Positions 38,200-51,850 of a stretch of 64,000 nucleotides of DNA are shown one piece after another. The stretch comes from Dicyema japonicum. Taxonomy: Eukaryota > Animalia > Dicyemida. Each line of letters opens with the position of its first letter. Within the stretch, counting starts at the first letter, position 1. Position numbers and translations under genes: made by a program. The DNA lies in assembly GCA_011109175.1 (NCBI GenBank), contig RDEW01000062.1, positions 181,076-245,075 of the forward strand, given 5' to 3'. Below the pieces are notes generated by a model, which searched no databases, was not told the origin of the DNA, and saw nothing but the letters and a program-made list of their open reading frames with translations.

Positions 38200-39250
38200 A
38201 ATAGGTCCGCCCTCTTCCATTTTCGTCGCATGTCCCACCGTTGCGGATATCACACTTTAGCGTAGATTTTTCATAATGAATATATTCACCAGTGCATTTG
38301 ATTCGGCAGAATATAGTTCTAAAAAATTAATTTTTTTAACTTCAAACTAAGTGAGGACAGCAACAGTAAAATTTAAGAACAATCGTATTTATTTTAAATA
38401 AATAAACAAGTTTTCCAAAACCCGATGACATCACTCAAGATATGAAATACGACACAGAGAGCCTCTTAACTACAATCGCGAGCATACTAAATGACACTTT
38501 GACTAAACATTCCTAATTATCGCTGGGAAAAGGATTCTTAATTTTTACTCAAAAATTTAACAAGAAAGTCTGTCTACTTGAAAATTTACGCTCAGTCGTT
38601 TTACGGAAAACTTAGCATTGCTTGTCTTAAATTGAGTGCAAGAACAGTCAGATTCCCCTTCTCAATGCGAATTCGGAACCATTCAATCAGCAGGCCCAAC
38701 TTGAACTCATGTCTGAGATTTTTTATGGATTGCCTTAAAACATATCTGGACGGTGGAAATATTTTTTATGTGAATGTGAATTATATTTGCTTCCAACTGC
38801 CTCAAGTACTCCCTGTTGAACATAGTAACTATGTCTCCAATTAATTACACAGTAAATACCATGGACTTTCCATTGCTGGATTATCCCTAATCCGCTTGCA
38901 AAAAATGCTTATTTCCCTCTTCTCTTCCACTTTTATTGTACACATACACTCTTGGTGAGTAATGCACATATATTATAACCTCAATATCTAGTTAGCCCTG
39001 AATATTGATATTGGTGTAGTCAATCAATAAAAAATAATATCCAGAATAAGTGGAAAAATTCATTATCGTACTTGTCTTAAGGTTGGAAGTCCAGTAGGTT
39101 TGCCGAATTCTTACCACCATATTTATGTAACGTGCTGTTTATCACGCATCTTAGAAAAACTGGCGCTATGGAAGATCCGCTTTGACTTGCCATTCCATCT
39201 CAGTTTTAAGTCGAAACGATTGTGTTTCAACACTTGGTCTTAAAATTCTT
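38200..39250 (-). mobile_element. Degenerate CR1/L2-like RT
   Basis: LTVLALNLRQA (DLxxAFD-like) remnant. Confidence 0.4.
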
Positions 39251-39379
39251 TGAGATAATGACACTAAATATTTTTAATTCTCACATTCTGATTAAGAGTA
39301 GGTGATTCGAAGAGTAGGTGGTTCACTTTATGTAGAGACACGTTGAAATACACCGAAAAGAACCATTTTCTCTATCCCA

Positions 39380-41790
39380 TTTAGCCAGCCCGTGTCACTA
39401 GATGGTATTCCTCAATCTGGAACGTGAGGCGCTGCATGTTTTATTATTATTTAGCCTTAAGTTATTACGACAAAAAAATGCCGCGTGGTTCACCTGTATG
39501 GTGTTGTGCATCACATGATGTTGAAAAGAACTACACTTTCCCTATCCCTATCTATGAAGAAGGATGGTTTTCCAGGTACGCTCTAATTTTGTGTGGTGAC
39601 GTCGAATCCAACCCAGGCCCTGAAATCAACCTGGTCCAGATCAATATCAACGGAATACGAAACAAGGTGCTGGAAGTCCGCACTTACTCAATAGTAATGA
39701 AGTTGACATTGCTCTAGTCCAAGAGACAAAACTACAACCAAACATACAAACCCCAACCTTTCCCGGATACTCCATTATCCGTAAAGACAGAAGGATTAAG
39801 CTTGGTGGAGGACTAATGACACTAATAAGAAATGGAATTCAATATGAAGATGTTTCAAACAAAATCAGAAAACTCTATCCAGAAGATGACCCTTTGGAAC
39901 TAATTGGCATAAATGTTAGAATTCCTAGGAAAACTATAAATATTGTCAATGTATATATTCCCCCTACTACATCCTGTCCAAGTGGGTACTACCCTAACCT
40001 ACAGATTTTCTCAAACCTCAAAAACGTAATACTATGCGGTGACATCAATGCCAAACATCAATTATGGTATGAAGGTCAGAAACCAGACAGTAGAGGAAAC
40101 CTACTGGCCAGAAACTTGGGACAATTTTGTATATTGAATAACACCATAAACAATACAAGAACACCTACTCGAAAAGGAGACAAACCTACATCCCCTGACC
40201 TCTCCTTATGTTCCCCATCAATGTTTCCCCTCATCAACTGGACTGTAAAATATGAACTAAGAAGTGATCACAACCCTATTATGACGAAAATCAACACTGC
40301 AAATAAATTTATCAAACAGAATTCCACTTTTTTAAATTTTGAAAGCGCAGATTAATCCAATTTCTCTAATTACATCGACACCAATATGGAAGTATTTTAC
40401 ACATTGGGATTCTCATCAATTGACCACATGATCAAAACTTTCACGGACATTATACTCAAAGCAAAAAAACTATTTATTCCAATGGGATGCCATCAAACAA
40501 GGAATACCTATTATAATATGCACACAAAAACACTTATCAGAGAAAGAAATAAATTAAAGAAGCAAAAGGAATTATCAAATGACGATTTCCAAAAAATGAA
40601 ATCCTTGAATATACAAATTGAACAAGTTACCCAGTCTAGAATCAAGAAGCGATGGACATCACTTATTGATTCTCTATCGCCAAATACATCCGAGACGCTG
40701 ATATGGAGGAAAATTAAATATTTGAGACGTTGCAATGAAGGCTCTGAGAAAGTCCTCCACAGACAGGGATGTAGCAACATCGACCCAAATATTTTAATGA
40801 AGCACTATGTCGCGATCAGCCATAAAAATTTCTCGAGGGAACACAGAGTCTACAAGAAGAAGTTGTATCCATCATATGATTTGATTGTCTTTACTCCACA
40901 AGAAGTTCGAAACGCAATCATGGATGCCAAAAACTCCAGTTCCCGAGGTGCTGACAATGTCTCGATGATGGAACTGAAACACCTTGGTGAAAAAGCAACC
41001 AAATTCCTATCATACGTTTATATTATATCTGAACAATAATATGATACCTTCTATATGGAAGAAATCCATAATTCTGTCAATTCGGAAGCCAAACAAACCT
41101 CTTCTTATCGTCCAATTGCAATACTATATGCAATGTCCCGAATTTTAGAAAAATTAATCTTAACACGAATCAAAAATATTGTACCAAATCGAGTATTCCA
41201 GCATGGTTTTCGTGAAAATCATTCTACTACGACTCACTTGACAAAATTAACTCAATATATTTCTGATGGATTCTCTTATCCAAAACCACATAAAAGGACC
41301 ATAATGGCTTCAATAGACTTGAAGAAAGCATTCGACTTCGTTTCCCGGACGCTGCTTATAGAGAAAATTTCTAACACTCTTATAAATCCAAACATTTAAA
41401 GATGGCTGTCGAACTTTTTAAGTGGAAGAAGAGGACAAGTGATGTCAGACAACAGAAAATCTGAATCCCGTTTATTGCCGAATGGTGTCCCTCAAGGTTC
41501 ACCTCTTTCTCCCCTGCTCTTCAACCTGTACACCAATGACCTTCCCACAAACGACGATCCCGATACATTAATACTCTCATACGCAGATGATAAGTCATTT
41601 CTACAGTGGGCAATAAAAACCGGCTGTCCGCTTTCACTCTCTATATCTGACTATCTAGAAAATGCGGGAAATCTATGGAGAATGAGACCGTCCCCGTTTC
41701 TACCAATTCTGTTGGATCTTCGAGGACCCCGAACAAGAGCCAAAACCCGGAAAGCCGGGATCACTTAGTTAGTAGTTAACTTCTAACTTT
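39380..41790 (+). mobile_element. Vingi/Ingi-like APE-RT retrotransposon with N-terminal 2A, internally deleted near the 3' end
   Basis: LILCGDVESNPGP at 39595-39621, APE (QININGI, QETKL, NVYIPP, CGDINAKH, SDHNPI), RT (FQHGFR, IDLKKAFD, GVPQGSPLSPLLF, YADD), ending RKAGIT. Confidence 0.92.
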
Positions 41791-41952
41791 TCTAATCCGG
41801 TGATCTTGGGGTAAAAAAAAAGAAAAAAAAGAAGTTATTACGACACATGATTTAGTTGCAATAAAGTTAAAAAAAGTTAAATTAAAAAGACTGAAAGTAA
41901 ATAGAATTATTATTCTTAGTAGAAAACCAAATTTACTCAAAAATTTTGAAAG

Positions 41953-43070
41953 TCAATTTAACGAAATGAAGTCAATTTCAGATGGGTTTTTACGATGAAT
42001 TTCAACAGGCCTTAAATATGTCAAAAAATCAGCAATCTTAATGTCAGCTGGCTCCATGTTATGCAGAGTTGATTTTACAACAAGAGTAGAACTCAATTTA
42101 CCATGGCTCAGATAGTCAATCTTTATAAACAAGAACACAAAAACCAATTCCTGAAAGTTGGTCTTATTCGAAAAATTTGGACGGTTGAGGAATTTAAGCA
42201 TATTGTAGATAAACTCGTCAATCAATGGAGTCCCCATAACAGAATTAATGGACATCTAACTTTCAACAAAAATTAAATCAAACAGAATAGGCATCTTCGT
42301 TGCAGCACTGGTTGCTATGGCAAGAACGTTTGGTGAATAAATCCTTTCAATCAAACCCTGAGCTCCGCAGGAATCATATATGAAAACTAGCCTTCCATAT
42401 CTTCCCTTTACGTACATGTGTTCAACAATATTAGCCAATTCTCCACCTTCAAAACTTTCTGAATACGAAATCTCAAAAACTGATCATTTCCGTGTCCTAA
42501 ACAAGATAAATAAATTTACCCGTCAAATAGATAAAGACGCTACTATTTTTGTTGGAGTTAAGTCTCTTATTGTAAGGCGTATTTTCTGGCATATGACCAA
42601 TTAAAAGTCTCGTGAAAAGTTCCTTAGTCATCTGAAATATAATTAAAAAATACAGTTGATCCGTGATAATCTACATCTATATGTTCACTTGAGTACAGGT
42701 TGGGTTTGTTAAAATCGGAAAATATTTTACCAGTAAAGAGATTTCGTGGATTGCAAGCGACATCATCTCCCAATAACAGAAGAATTCGACTAAATTATAA
42801 TAAAAACATTTTTAACTAATTTTTAATACAAATTTAATCAAATAAATTATTTACCTATCTGGGAAGCCAGATTTTCGTGCATGACGATAGATACTCAATA
42901 CATCTGAGAAGTGTCTATAATTTCGGTAGTTGACTGATGATGTCGCGATCACTACCCATGGATCATTTAACTGTTCGTATTTCAAGTTCATCTTTTCATA
43001 ATAATTAGCATAAAAAATCTATCATAATTTCTATAATTATGCTGTAATACCTTGATTAATATTAAGATTA
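41953..43070 (-). pseudogene. PIGK: GPI-anchor transamidase GPI8/PIG-K, copy A (two 1-bp deletions; may be errors)
   Basis: WVVIATSSVNYRNYRH, LGDDVACNPRN, IYLT|GHG, IYDSCG, YSPNVLAIATS. Frameshifts near 42464 and 42300. Start approximate. Confidence 0.85.
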
Positions 43071-43889
43071 AAATCATAAGCGTCGAATTGTAGCAACAAA
43101 AAACGTATTCAATAATCAACAAAATATTTTTGTTTAAAAATAAATTATTTTTATTTAAAAATTATTTAAAAAACAGATGATAACGTCTTTATCATTTTAT
43201 TCTTTAAATATATAAATTCAGCTGATTCATGAAAGATTCTTTTTTAACAGAAATTCCTAATAACCTCAAACTCTAGTTGGTTTACTTCCTTAGCGGCCGG
43301 AGGGGACGTCAATGAATTGTCATTCGTCAACGGGACATCAGGATGAAAATCGAAACATGCCTCGAACAAAAAGTTGAACTAAAAAAATTACGAAAGAAAT
43401 TCTACATGAGATCAGGTTCAGAGAGCGCCAATCATGGTCAGACTTTCTGAACTAAAGAGTGCTGGAAGTGGAGAGGCTACATCCATGGACGACTCTTTAT
43501 TCGAGGATCTCCAGAAATAAAATACCGCTTGTTCTCAAGGACATTATCGACGAAGGCTGACTAAGGATTATACGAAGCCATCCAAGATCACCTCGCCATT
43601 TTTGCGGTTGGTTTACTGGAACCAAAAGCTTGAAGGAAACGATATTTAAAAGTTCGAGTTAATTCAAACTAATTGATTATTTACCAATTTATTGCCCTTC
43701 TTAAAAATAATTTCCTGAGACCTCCACTGTCTTCGAGGTATTTTTAAAGACAATAATTTAACGCAAAAGTTAATCGTTAACAACTACTGGCTGCACTCAT
43801 AATTGAGAACGCATTTCCCCTGATGAGTGATCCAATTCTGTTTAGCAGGACCAGTGACTTGTTTCCTATGATTCCTGACGTTTCCACGG

Positions 43890-45560
43890 CGACTGGTTCA
43901 AAAATATGCATATCCACCAAGACATGCATATTTCTTCAACCTTAGGGTCTCAACCTTCTCCGAAGCAGAGCCTGGGTTAGTTGCTGTCATAACAAGGTTG
44001 GAAGGAGAGAGGCTATCCACATAAGCGGCGTCCCAGGCAAAGGTATCTACCGCTTTCCCATGAGAAGAGAGTAGTTCTGTCAGGTCTTCGGTTGGCTGGG
44101 GCAAGTCCAAGCGGCTCCAATTGGGCAGAAAATTGACCAACTTCAAGTCCCCAAGCAATAACTCCATTGATTGCGGCGTGTCTTGGACTTCTTCCAGCAC
44201 TCCTCAGGCAAGAAAGAGCGTGAAGACCTTTCGCGTGAACCATTCCTCCAGGTATTTAAGTTAGCGTTCAGCAATTGCGGCTGAATAAGAGGAAAGATGT
44301 TAAAAGTACGCTTTATCTTGGTGAAACTGAAGATCGACATTGCTCTAATTTAAGTGATAAAATTTCCTGCATATGGGCCTCCTTTGTTTCCTGGATACAA
44401 ATCTATACAGACAGTACGAAAAGATTTTAAATTTTTTGACATCGACGTTTACACTAGTGGCACATGCAATCGAGCAAAAGCAGATTCGATTCGTAATGAG
44501 CCGTTATCCTATCCAGTATTGCTTCCAGTAATGTACAGAGAAGAGTTCTAAGCCATGTATCCCTTGCAAGCAGCCCATGTAGGTAGTGTAGGATCTGGGA
44601 TGCGAAACTACTAGTAGCGTTGATCGAAGAGTGGAGAAAGCCAATCGGTGAGCGGATATCAATTTCTTTAAAATAAAGCGGTAGTTTGCAGTGGGTTAAC
44701 CAATGTCGTAAAAAAATGGTCGATAATTTTTCAATATACGATTTCATCGTTGCTTCGGTGTTCTTCATGAAGCCATCCGTAACGAAAATTGAAATGTGAC
44801 GTGAGGTGAAAACTAAGCAAAAAAAAGATCCAGTATGTGCGCCGAGAAAGATATGATTGTGAGAGGAAAAAACTGTATGGATTTATTCTTCGTCTGTAGG
44901 AGAGTTGAGATTTTTATGTGAGTCGAGGGAAATCAAGAAAAATGACGTCTTCAGCATTGTTGACAAATATTCGAGGAGAAACTAGATAATCAATTCTCTT
45001 ACACCAATCTACCTAGAAAGTCAAGCACAAAACGTCCACCAGCAGTCATGTGAAAAAAGTGGTGTAAATGACTGAAGCTATATAAGAACCCAAAAAAGTC
45101 CAATGCGCAGATGCCTAAGATCTCAGATATTGTTGATAGCACTTTCCAATCGTCTCCAATAGTGGCATTGTCTGGATACCAGATGTTAAGTAGCGGAGTC
45201 AATCCTCAGAGTCAATCTTAGTGGATCTCTTCGTTGCATATAATCTTGAACTTGATTGTTTGCTAGCCGAAGATCACTGCGCACAGTTGCCTATACTTGA
45301 GGTTTAAAATTCTGCTGATTTTTTGGATTCTGAAAGGCAAAGTTCGATTATGGAATCCCAACGAAAGCTATTGAATGTGTTGCAGATGTTCAGCTTCACC
45401 CGTATTGTGATTAGAAATTTGCAAGCTAATTGAATAGTGTACTTGCATTCTCGTGGAATCCCATCCCTCGGCTTAGTTAAGTTAAACTCAGTCGTTAAAC
45501 GTCTAAATACTTTCCAAAAGCAATCGGAGGATTCCCACCATATAGTTTTCTTAAAGCAAA
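43890..45560 (-). mobile_element. CRE-like RLE retrotransposon (RT to endonuclease), degenerate
   Basis: NTFNS, WYPDNATIG (WYLDDGT-like), [19 protein letters not shown]..RRPD. Confidence 0.8.
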
Positions 45561-45789
45561 CAATTTGGATGCAAACAATAGTTCACAGAAGTTAAAAATT
45601 TCAGCCTTACTAATGTGCTCAGTGAAAACCTTTATTTATTTATTAGAACCTTTATAAATTGTTTAGGATGTTCCCCGCATCGGTAGCAGCAACTGAATTA
45701 CGACCCCTTATATTTGTCATTGATCCCCCTGATAAAACATGAAACACTTTATTAAAGGAAACACTGGTATTAAGTTTGTGAGAAGTAAA

Positions 45790-46595
45790 ACGGCAGAAAC
45801 ATCAATAATTTGCGCTATGCTGACGATACAACCTTACTGGCTGAAACAGAGGATGGCCTCAGGGAGTTGATTCTAAGATTCAGAGAAGAGAGCGCCGTCT
45901 TTGGTTTATTGCTAAATATCAAGAAGACCAAAATTATGACTACTGCTAATAATGGAATAATAGAACTAAAAATTGGGAATGAGAAAATAGAGAGTTGTAA
46001 TAATGTTATTTTTCTGGGATGTATAATTAATCGGAATGGTGACGGAGGCCTGGAAATCAAGAGGCGAATTGCCATGGGACAAGACACCTTCCAGAGAATG
46101 AATAGAATTTGGAAAAACAAAGATATTTCCATAAGGACCAAATGCAGATTAGTTAATGCAATCGTGTTCCCGGTTTTTTTATACGGCGCAGAATTTTGGA
46201 CATTGAAAAAGGCGGATAGGCGAAGAATTAATGCTTTTGAGCTGTGGTGCTGGAGGAAGTTACTAAGAATCCCTTGGACCTCCAAAGTAACAACCATCAA
46301 TGTACTCAAACGGGTAGAGACTGACATTTCGCTAGAGGGAAGAATCGTAAAACACAGATTGGCGTTCTTTGGGCATGTTGTCCGCTTTGATTCACTGGAA
46401 AGAACTATTACTGGGAAGAGAAGACCTGGCCGACCAAGGACTCGGTGGCTATCCATGGTGGAGGACGTCACGGGAATGCCTATATCAAGGCTACTCCAAA
46501 TTGCAAAGGATCGGGGAGAGTGGAGGAAACTCGTTCATGAGATCTCCAAGGGTCGGACACGACTAAATTGGACAACATAACATAACATAACATAA
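45790..46595 (+). mobile_element. RTE-clade retrotransposon, 5'-truncated, uninterrupted ORF
   Basis: GRNINNLRYADDTTL, EIKRRIAMG, VFPVFLYGAEFWT, AFELWCWRKLLRIPW, GRPRTRW, followed by an (ACATA)n tail at 46574-46595. Confidence 0.92.
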
Positions 46596-47129
46596 AACGA
46601 ACGGTAGGGATCGTTCTGGTGGTCAACTTCCAAAGATATAAGGCGTGGTCAGTCTTGCTGATTTTAGGATTTGAAGTGGGATAACACTTTTTGACATGAT
46701 TTAAGATGAAAGAGGCATTTATTAACACCTGATAGGTCGAAGGAAAGAAGGCTCGTTTTTCGTCAAAAGTTCTTGAGGTATGACGGGCATCTCCAGTTAC
46801 ATACGGATTTGACTTTTTTTCAAGTCAGCTTATACCAATCAAAGTATCCGAAATTTAAGCAATATTTCGCAAAGAAGCACTGTCAGTGAAAAAAGTGAAG
46901 TAGCTCGAGGTTGATCGACAGAGGAGCCTGGATGGGAATTGGAGGGTAGCGAGGAAATGTCTTTTGAATCTTCTTTAACTGTTATATCGGTTCTTCCATT
47001 CTGACGTCTTGTTTCTCCGTTTAAAAAAACCACAACTACACGTCTTTTTGGACCTAAGAATTATGCTATGGCCGACTTGTCTACTTTAGTTATCTTGAAC
47101 AGTGGAAATGTAACTTCGAAACACTCCAT

Positions 47130-47800
47130 ATGATTAGTAAACCAAATCTCATGAATGACTCCAGGGAATTTGAACAACCGACTCAAGGGAATTTGAACAA
47201 CCAATTTCGTTTGACATTACTTTTTGTTTCACACCATGTCTCCAATAACGACCTAATTTATCACTTAAAACTCAAAAAGTGGCCACAATCTTATTCTTTT
47301 GATGATCAAAAAAGAAACTTGATCGTGAGGAAAACTTCATATCACTATAAATGCAAACGTGCCGATTATAGACTTAATCATACATTTACTAACAATCGCC
47401 CGCAAATTTTTTACCTGGACGGGTGAACCTTGCTTGACAGAGCGGTTGCCTATATCAATCGCACTATTTTGGAAGCAAAGTCGACTTCCGTGTTGAAACA
47501 TTACTCTAACCCCGTCGGTGGTCATGGCAAAATCTCTTTGACTAAAGAAATCATCTAAAGGACTTACCGACCTAACAAGGAAAAAAATCAGGATCCGTGA
47601 TTTGAATAACGGAATAAAAGTCAAAGAACTTAAAGCCCAAAAGGTAAAATGGATTCGAGTACTCTCAGGTTTGAACCAGAATTGATCTACCCCAGAAGTT
47701 TTAAAGGCTATTTGCCACGTTTCAAGACAATAAAATTCCTGATTGTGATTATCTCACGAAAGAATTCTATTAAGATCACGGTCCCACTAAAAATAGCATA
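47130..47800 (+). mobile_element. Possible integrase (Gypsy/Ginger-like) remnant
   Basis: Only LKHYSNPVGGHGKISLTKEII, resembling the integrase HHCC start. Confidence 0.25.
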
Positions 47801-48949
47801 CAAAATAACGGAACAGTGGATTTCAAGATAGAAGTTATCTCAACCTACACTTCTAGAGTTCTTAATTCAGATGGACAACTGGGCCCCTTCGATCTTGATT
47901 GGACAGTTCTCTGTTTAATATGGGCATGAAGAGCTCGAGGGAGGAACACTGAGAACACTACTGGGTATGGTCGAGATCACTTAATTGGTTCTGGTTTAAC
48001 ATTGGTCTTGGTATATTATTTTTTTACGTTTGTAAACTTTAAGAGAATCATTCTCTATAACTTTATTGCAAACCATTTATAGAGATGCATATTTGGCATA
48101 AAAGGAAAAGGGAGAAAAAAACTCCCAGGAACTGGAAAATTGCATCCGCAGATGGTCGGAAATCAGTAAGACATAATTTCCAAAGTAGGTGATCAACTAG
48201 AGTGTGCAAGGCACAGCCAGTATTTTGACGAACATATTTCATCAAATTTTTATACTTCAAAATAAATTATATATCTTTACCATATTCATTTTTTTGAGTT
48301 TTATATTTTATTGATTATCAAGTTACCGATAAATAGAAAAATATAATAAGAACATTCGAGAATTAATAACTAATATTCTCTTATTCCTCTTCAAAATAGA
48401 CGGTCCTTATCAAAGTTACTTCAATTTTGGCAAAACGTCAGTTCATCTGATGCCTTTTATTTTCGCGTATCTGCTGTTACCAGATTCCATTGAAAAGAAA
48501 ACTAAATGTTATATCCATTTGAAGAGATATATATTTGGTATTTTTGATTCGAATTAGTATTTATTTTTGACGACTTAAATACTCGATAAGTAAAATTACT
48601 GATTTGAGTTTTGTAAATTTTGTGATTTTCCAAGATAACTTAAAACGTTTTAAAATAATCGTGATGTTAATTAAAAAAGGTAGACATTATCAAAGCATCT
48701 TAATGATTGTATTTTTTTTAATTTTAAATGAATCAAAAAAAATAAACGAGTGCCAAACTCTGAAACTATTTATACGATTATACATTCTAGACTTGTATGG
48801 CCACTGTTTGAGTAAAATTTCCACCGAAAAGAGGCGAGATTGACCATTATACGTTGAAGATTTGACTCTGAGGAAACAAATGGAGAAAAAGCAAAGACAT
48901 CATTTGTCTTGATTTTCAAGTCAATTCAATGATAATAGCACAGAAACTG

Positions 48950-50030
48950 AACTACGTTCTTCGGGGGCACCCTGCTACTTGAAAATGCAACAGCTCGATT
49001 GCTATTCGATTCCTCATCCGGAGTACTATTGAACGTATCACAAATGTGAAATTTGACGACCAAGGGTGGGACCAAGCGACCCTACCCGTTAGCCTGGGCG
49101 GACTGGGAATCCCTTCAACGAAAGATCTGGCTTGCCCTGCTTTATCTATCCTCTTTGGGCTCCAGCCGACTGCTGGTCAGGATGATTTTTCAACTCCAAA
49201 CAGAATCATCTGAAATAACAGAGATGGAGCATTTGAAGGGATGATGCCTGAGCAGAAAGATCGTTACAGGACCATCTGCGAGGATAATATGAGAGGCTTC
49301 TGAACTAATCAAACCAACACAGACGTGCATGTCTAGTCACTGGAAGATGCGAATCGAGTGGCGCATGGATCAATGCACTCCCAGTTGGCAGTTCGGGACC
49401 CATCTTGACGACGATACTGTCCGCATCGGCATCTCCACCAGACTTGGACTGGAGATTTGCCGGACCCACAAATGCCGATGTGGCGCAACCGTCGATTGTT
49501 ATGGACTCCATGCCCTCTCTTGTCGAAGGAGTCCAGGACGATTCCCAAGACACAAGGCGATCAACGGAATTGTCAAGCGAGCCTGGAGTCTGCGGGATAC
49601 CCAAGCCATACTAGAACCTGTTGGTCTGGACAGAGGAGACGGAAAAACGTCCCGACGGGATCACAATTTTCCCCATTCGAAGAGGGGAAACCTTTGGTCT
49701 GGGACGCTACTTGTGTCGACACGCTTTGCCCGTCCAACATTGTCGCTGAGCGCGGTAGACACACTGTATTCCGCGGAAAAAAACGATGATGGCAAAGGAG
49801 AAGAAGTACGAAGCGCTACGCGACCGATTCGCGTTTTATCCGATAGTGGTCGAGAGGAATAAGTGGAAAATCGCTTCGCTTCCTAAAGAAACTTGGACGC
49901 TTAGCTACACTAAAAAGCCACGACCGCACGTGAGACCCGGTGGCTACTCCAGTTGATCTCTGTTGCAATCGTGAGAGGCAACGCAACGTCGATAATGTCG
50001 GCGGGGTCCACTTTGGATGGATGGCAGTTT
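48950..50030 (+). mobile_element. CRE-like RLE retrotransposon, 3' part
   Basis: [74 protein letters not shown]. Confidence 0.9.
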
Positions 50031-50143
50031 TAAATATGCTTTACTGGGGATAAATTAACTGATTCAATGAAAATGAAATCAAAAAAGTAAAATTCTTGAA
50101 ATGCAAGTGATAGAAAACCAAAGAAACCCCAAAATTAAAAAAA

Positions 50144-51269
50144 TCAATTTATCAAAATGAAATCATTTTTTGGTGGATTTTTACGATAAATTTCAACAGG
50201 TCTTAAATATGTCAGAAAATCAGCAATCATAATGTCAACTGGCTCCAAGTTATGTAGAGTCGATTTAATGACAAAAGTAGATTTCAATTTATTCCTAATA
50301 TAGTCAATCTCCTATAAAACAAAAATAACAAACTAATTCTTGAAAATTTGTTTTATTTGAAAAATCTGGATGATTGATGAAAACAAGCATAAAATGAACG
50401 AACTCATCAATCAATGGAGTCCCCATAATAGTATTTGAATACATCTAATTTTCAACAAAAATTAAAGCAAACAGAATAGGAATCTTTGTTTGCCTCACTG
50501 GTTGCCATGGCAAGCACATTTGGTGAATAAATCCTTTCAATCAAAGCCTGAGCTCCACAAGAATCATATATGAAAACTAGCTTTCCATATCTTCCTTTTA
50601 CATACATTTGTTCAATATATTGGCCAATTCTGAACCTTCAAAGGTTTCTGAATAACGAAATCTCAAATAGTTGTTATTTCCATGCCCTAAACTATTTAAT
50701 AAAAAATTTACCGGTTAAATAGATAAAAACGTTACTATTTTTGTTGGAATTAAGTCTCTTATTGTAAGGTGTATTTTCTGGCATATGTCCAATTAGAAGT
50801 CTCGTGAAAAGTTCCTTAGTCATCTGAAAATATAATTAAAAAATACCGCTGATCCTTGAAAATCCACTTCTATATCTTCACTTGAGAATAAGTCGGGTTT
50901 TTTTAAATCGGAAAATACTCTACCGGTAAAGCGATTTCGTGGATTGCAAGCAACATCATCTCCCAATAACAGAAGTATTCGACTAAATATGATAAACATA
51001 ATTTTAACTAATTCTCATTAATTTAATCAAATAAATTATTTACCTATCTGGGAAGCCTGATTTTCGTGCATGACGATAGATGCTCAATACATCTGAAGAG
51101 TGCCTATAATTTCGGTAGTTGACTGATGGTGTCACAATCACTATCCATTGATCATTAAACTGATCGTTTTTTAAGTTTATCTTCTCATAATAGTCAGCAT
51201 AACAAATCTATCATAATTTCTATAAATTATGCTGTAATACCCTGATTAATAAGACCATTGAAATCTCAT
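50144..51269 (-). CDS. PIGK: GPI-anchor transamidase GPI8/PIG-K, copy B (one apparent 1-bp deletion)
   Basis: WIVIVTPSVNYRNYRH, LGDDVACNPRN, IYLT|GHG, IYDSCG. Stop TGA 50144-50146. Frameshift near 50615. Start approximate. Confidence 0.85.
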
Positions 51270-51643
51270 AAGTTTTGAATTATAAAATCAACAAAAAAAT
51301 TGAATAATTAGCAAAAAATATTTTTGTTTAAAAATAAATTGTTTATATTTAATAATTATTGTTAAAACAATGCATTTATCAACTTAATTCTTTAAAGTAT
51401 TTGAGCAGTTTTATCTTATTCCGTTACTATCTAGTTTATCTGTTCTACCTTGATACGTATCCAACCGGCATCCATCCGTCATCATCTGATTAAAGTTAAA
51501 ATCAGAATACTTTAATATTTCATATCACTGTTTAACCTATTTTCCTTAAAAGTGTGCCGAATGCTCCTTACACTTTTGACACTGCATATTCCTTAGTTTT
51601 TATTCAATTTCATATAAATAGCAATTAATATAATTTAGGGCGC

Positions 51644-51850
51644 TTAAATACCCAGGCTATTTTCTCTGACAATAGCAATCGAGATAAAGTATCGAAGCCA
51701 TCTAGTCAAGCATTGATCCCCATTGACCTTTTGGATCATTGAGGCGATCCTATGGACTAGGTCGTTAAAATTGCGCGCGAGTGATATTATTGTGAAAACT
51801 GATGCAAAAACAATATTCTTTTTGTACCCATTCATCCAAGTCGTCCAGTT
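51644..51850 (-). mobile_element. CRE-like 3' fragment
   Basis: WLRYFISIAIVRENS. Confidence 0.65.

Noticed and set aside
42600-42625. tctcgtgaaaag resembling the SINE tail (also ~50800)
   Set aside because: It lies in GPI8 coding sequence (KELFTRL); the match is coincidental.
48063-48900. Small ORFs 48063-48260 and 48604-48843 as exons
   Set aside because: No recognisable homology or consistent splice model.
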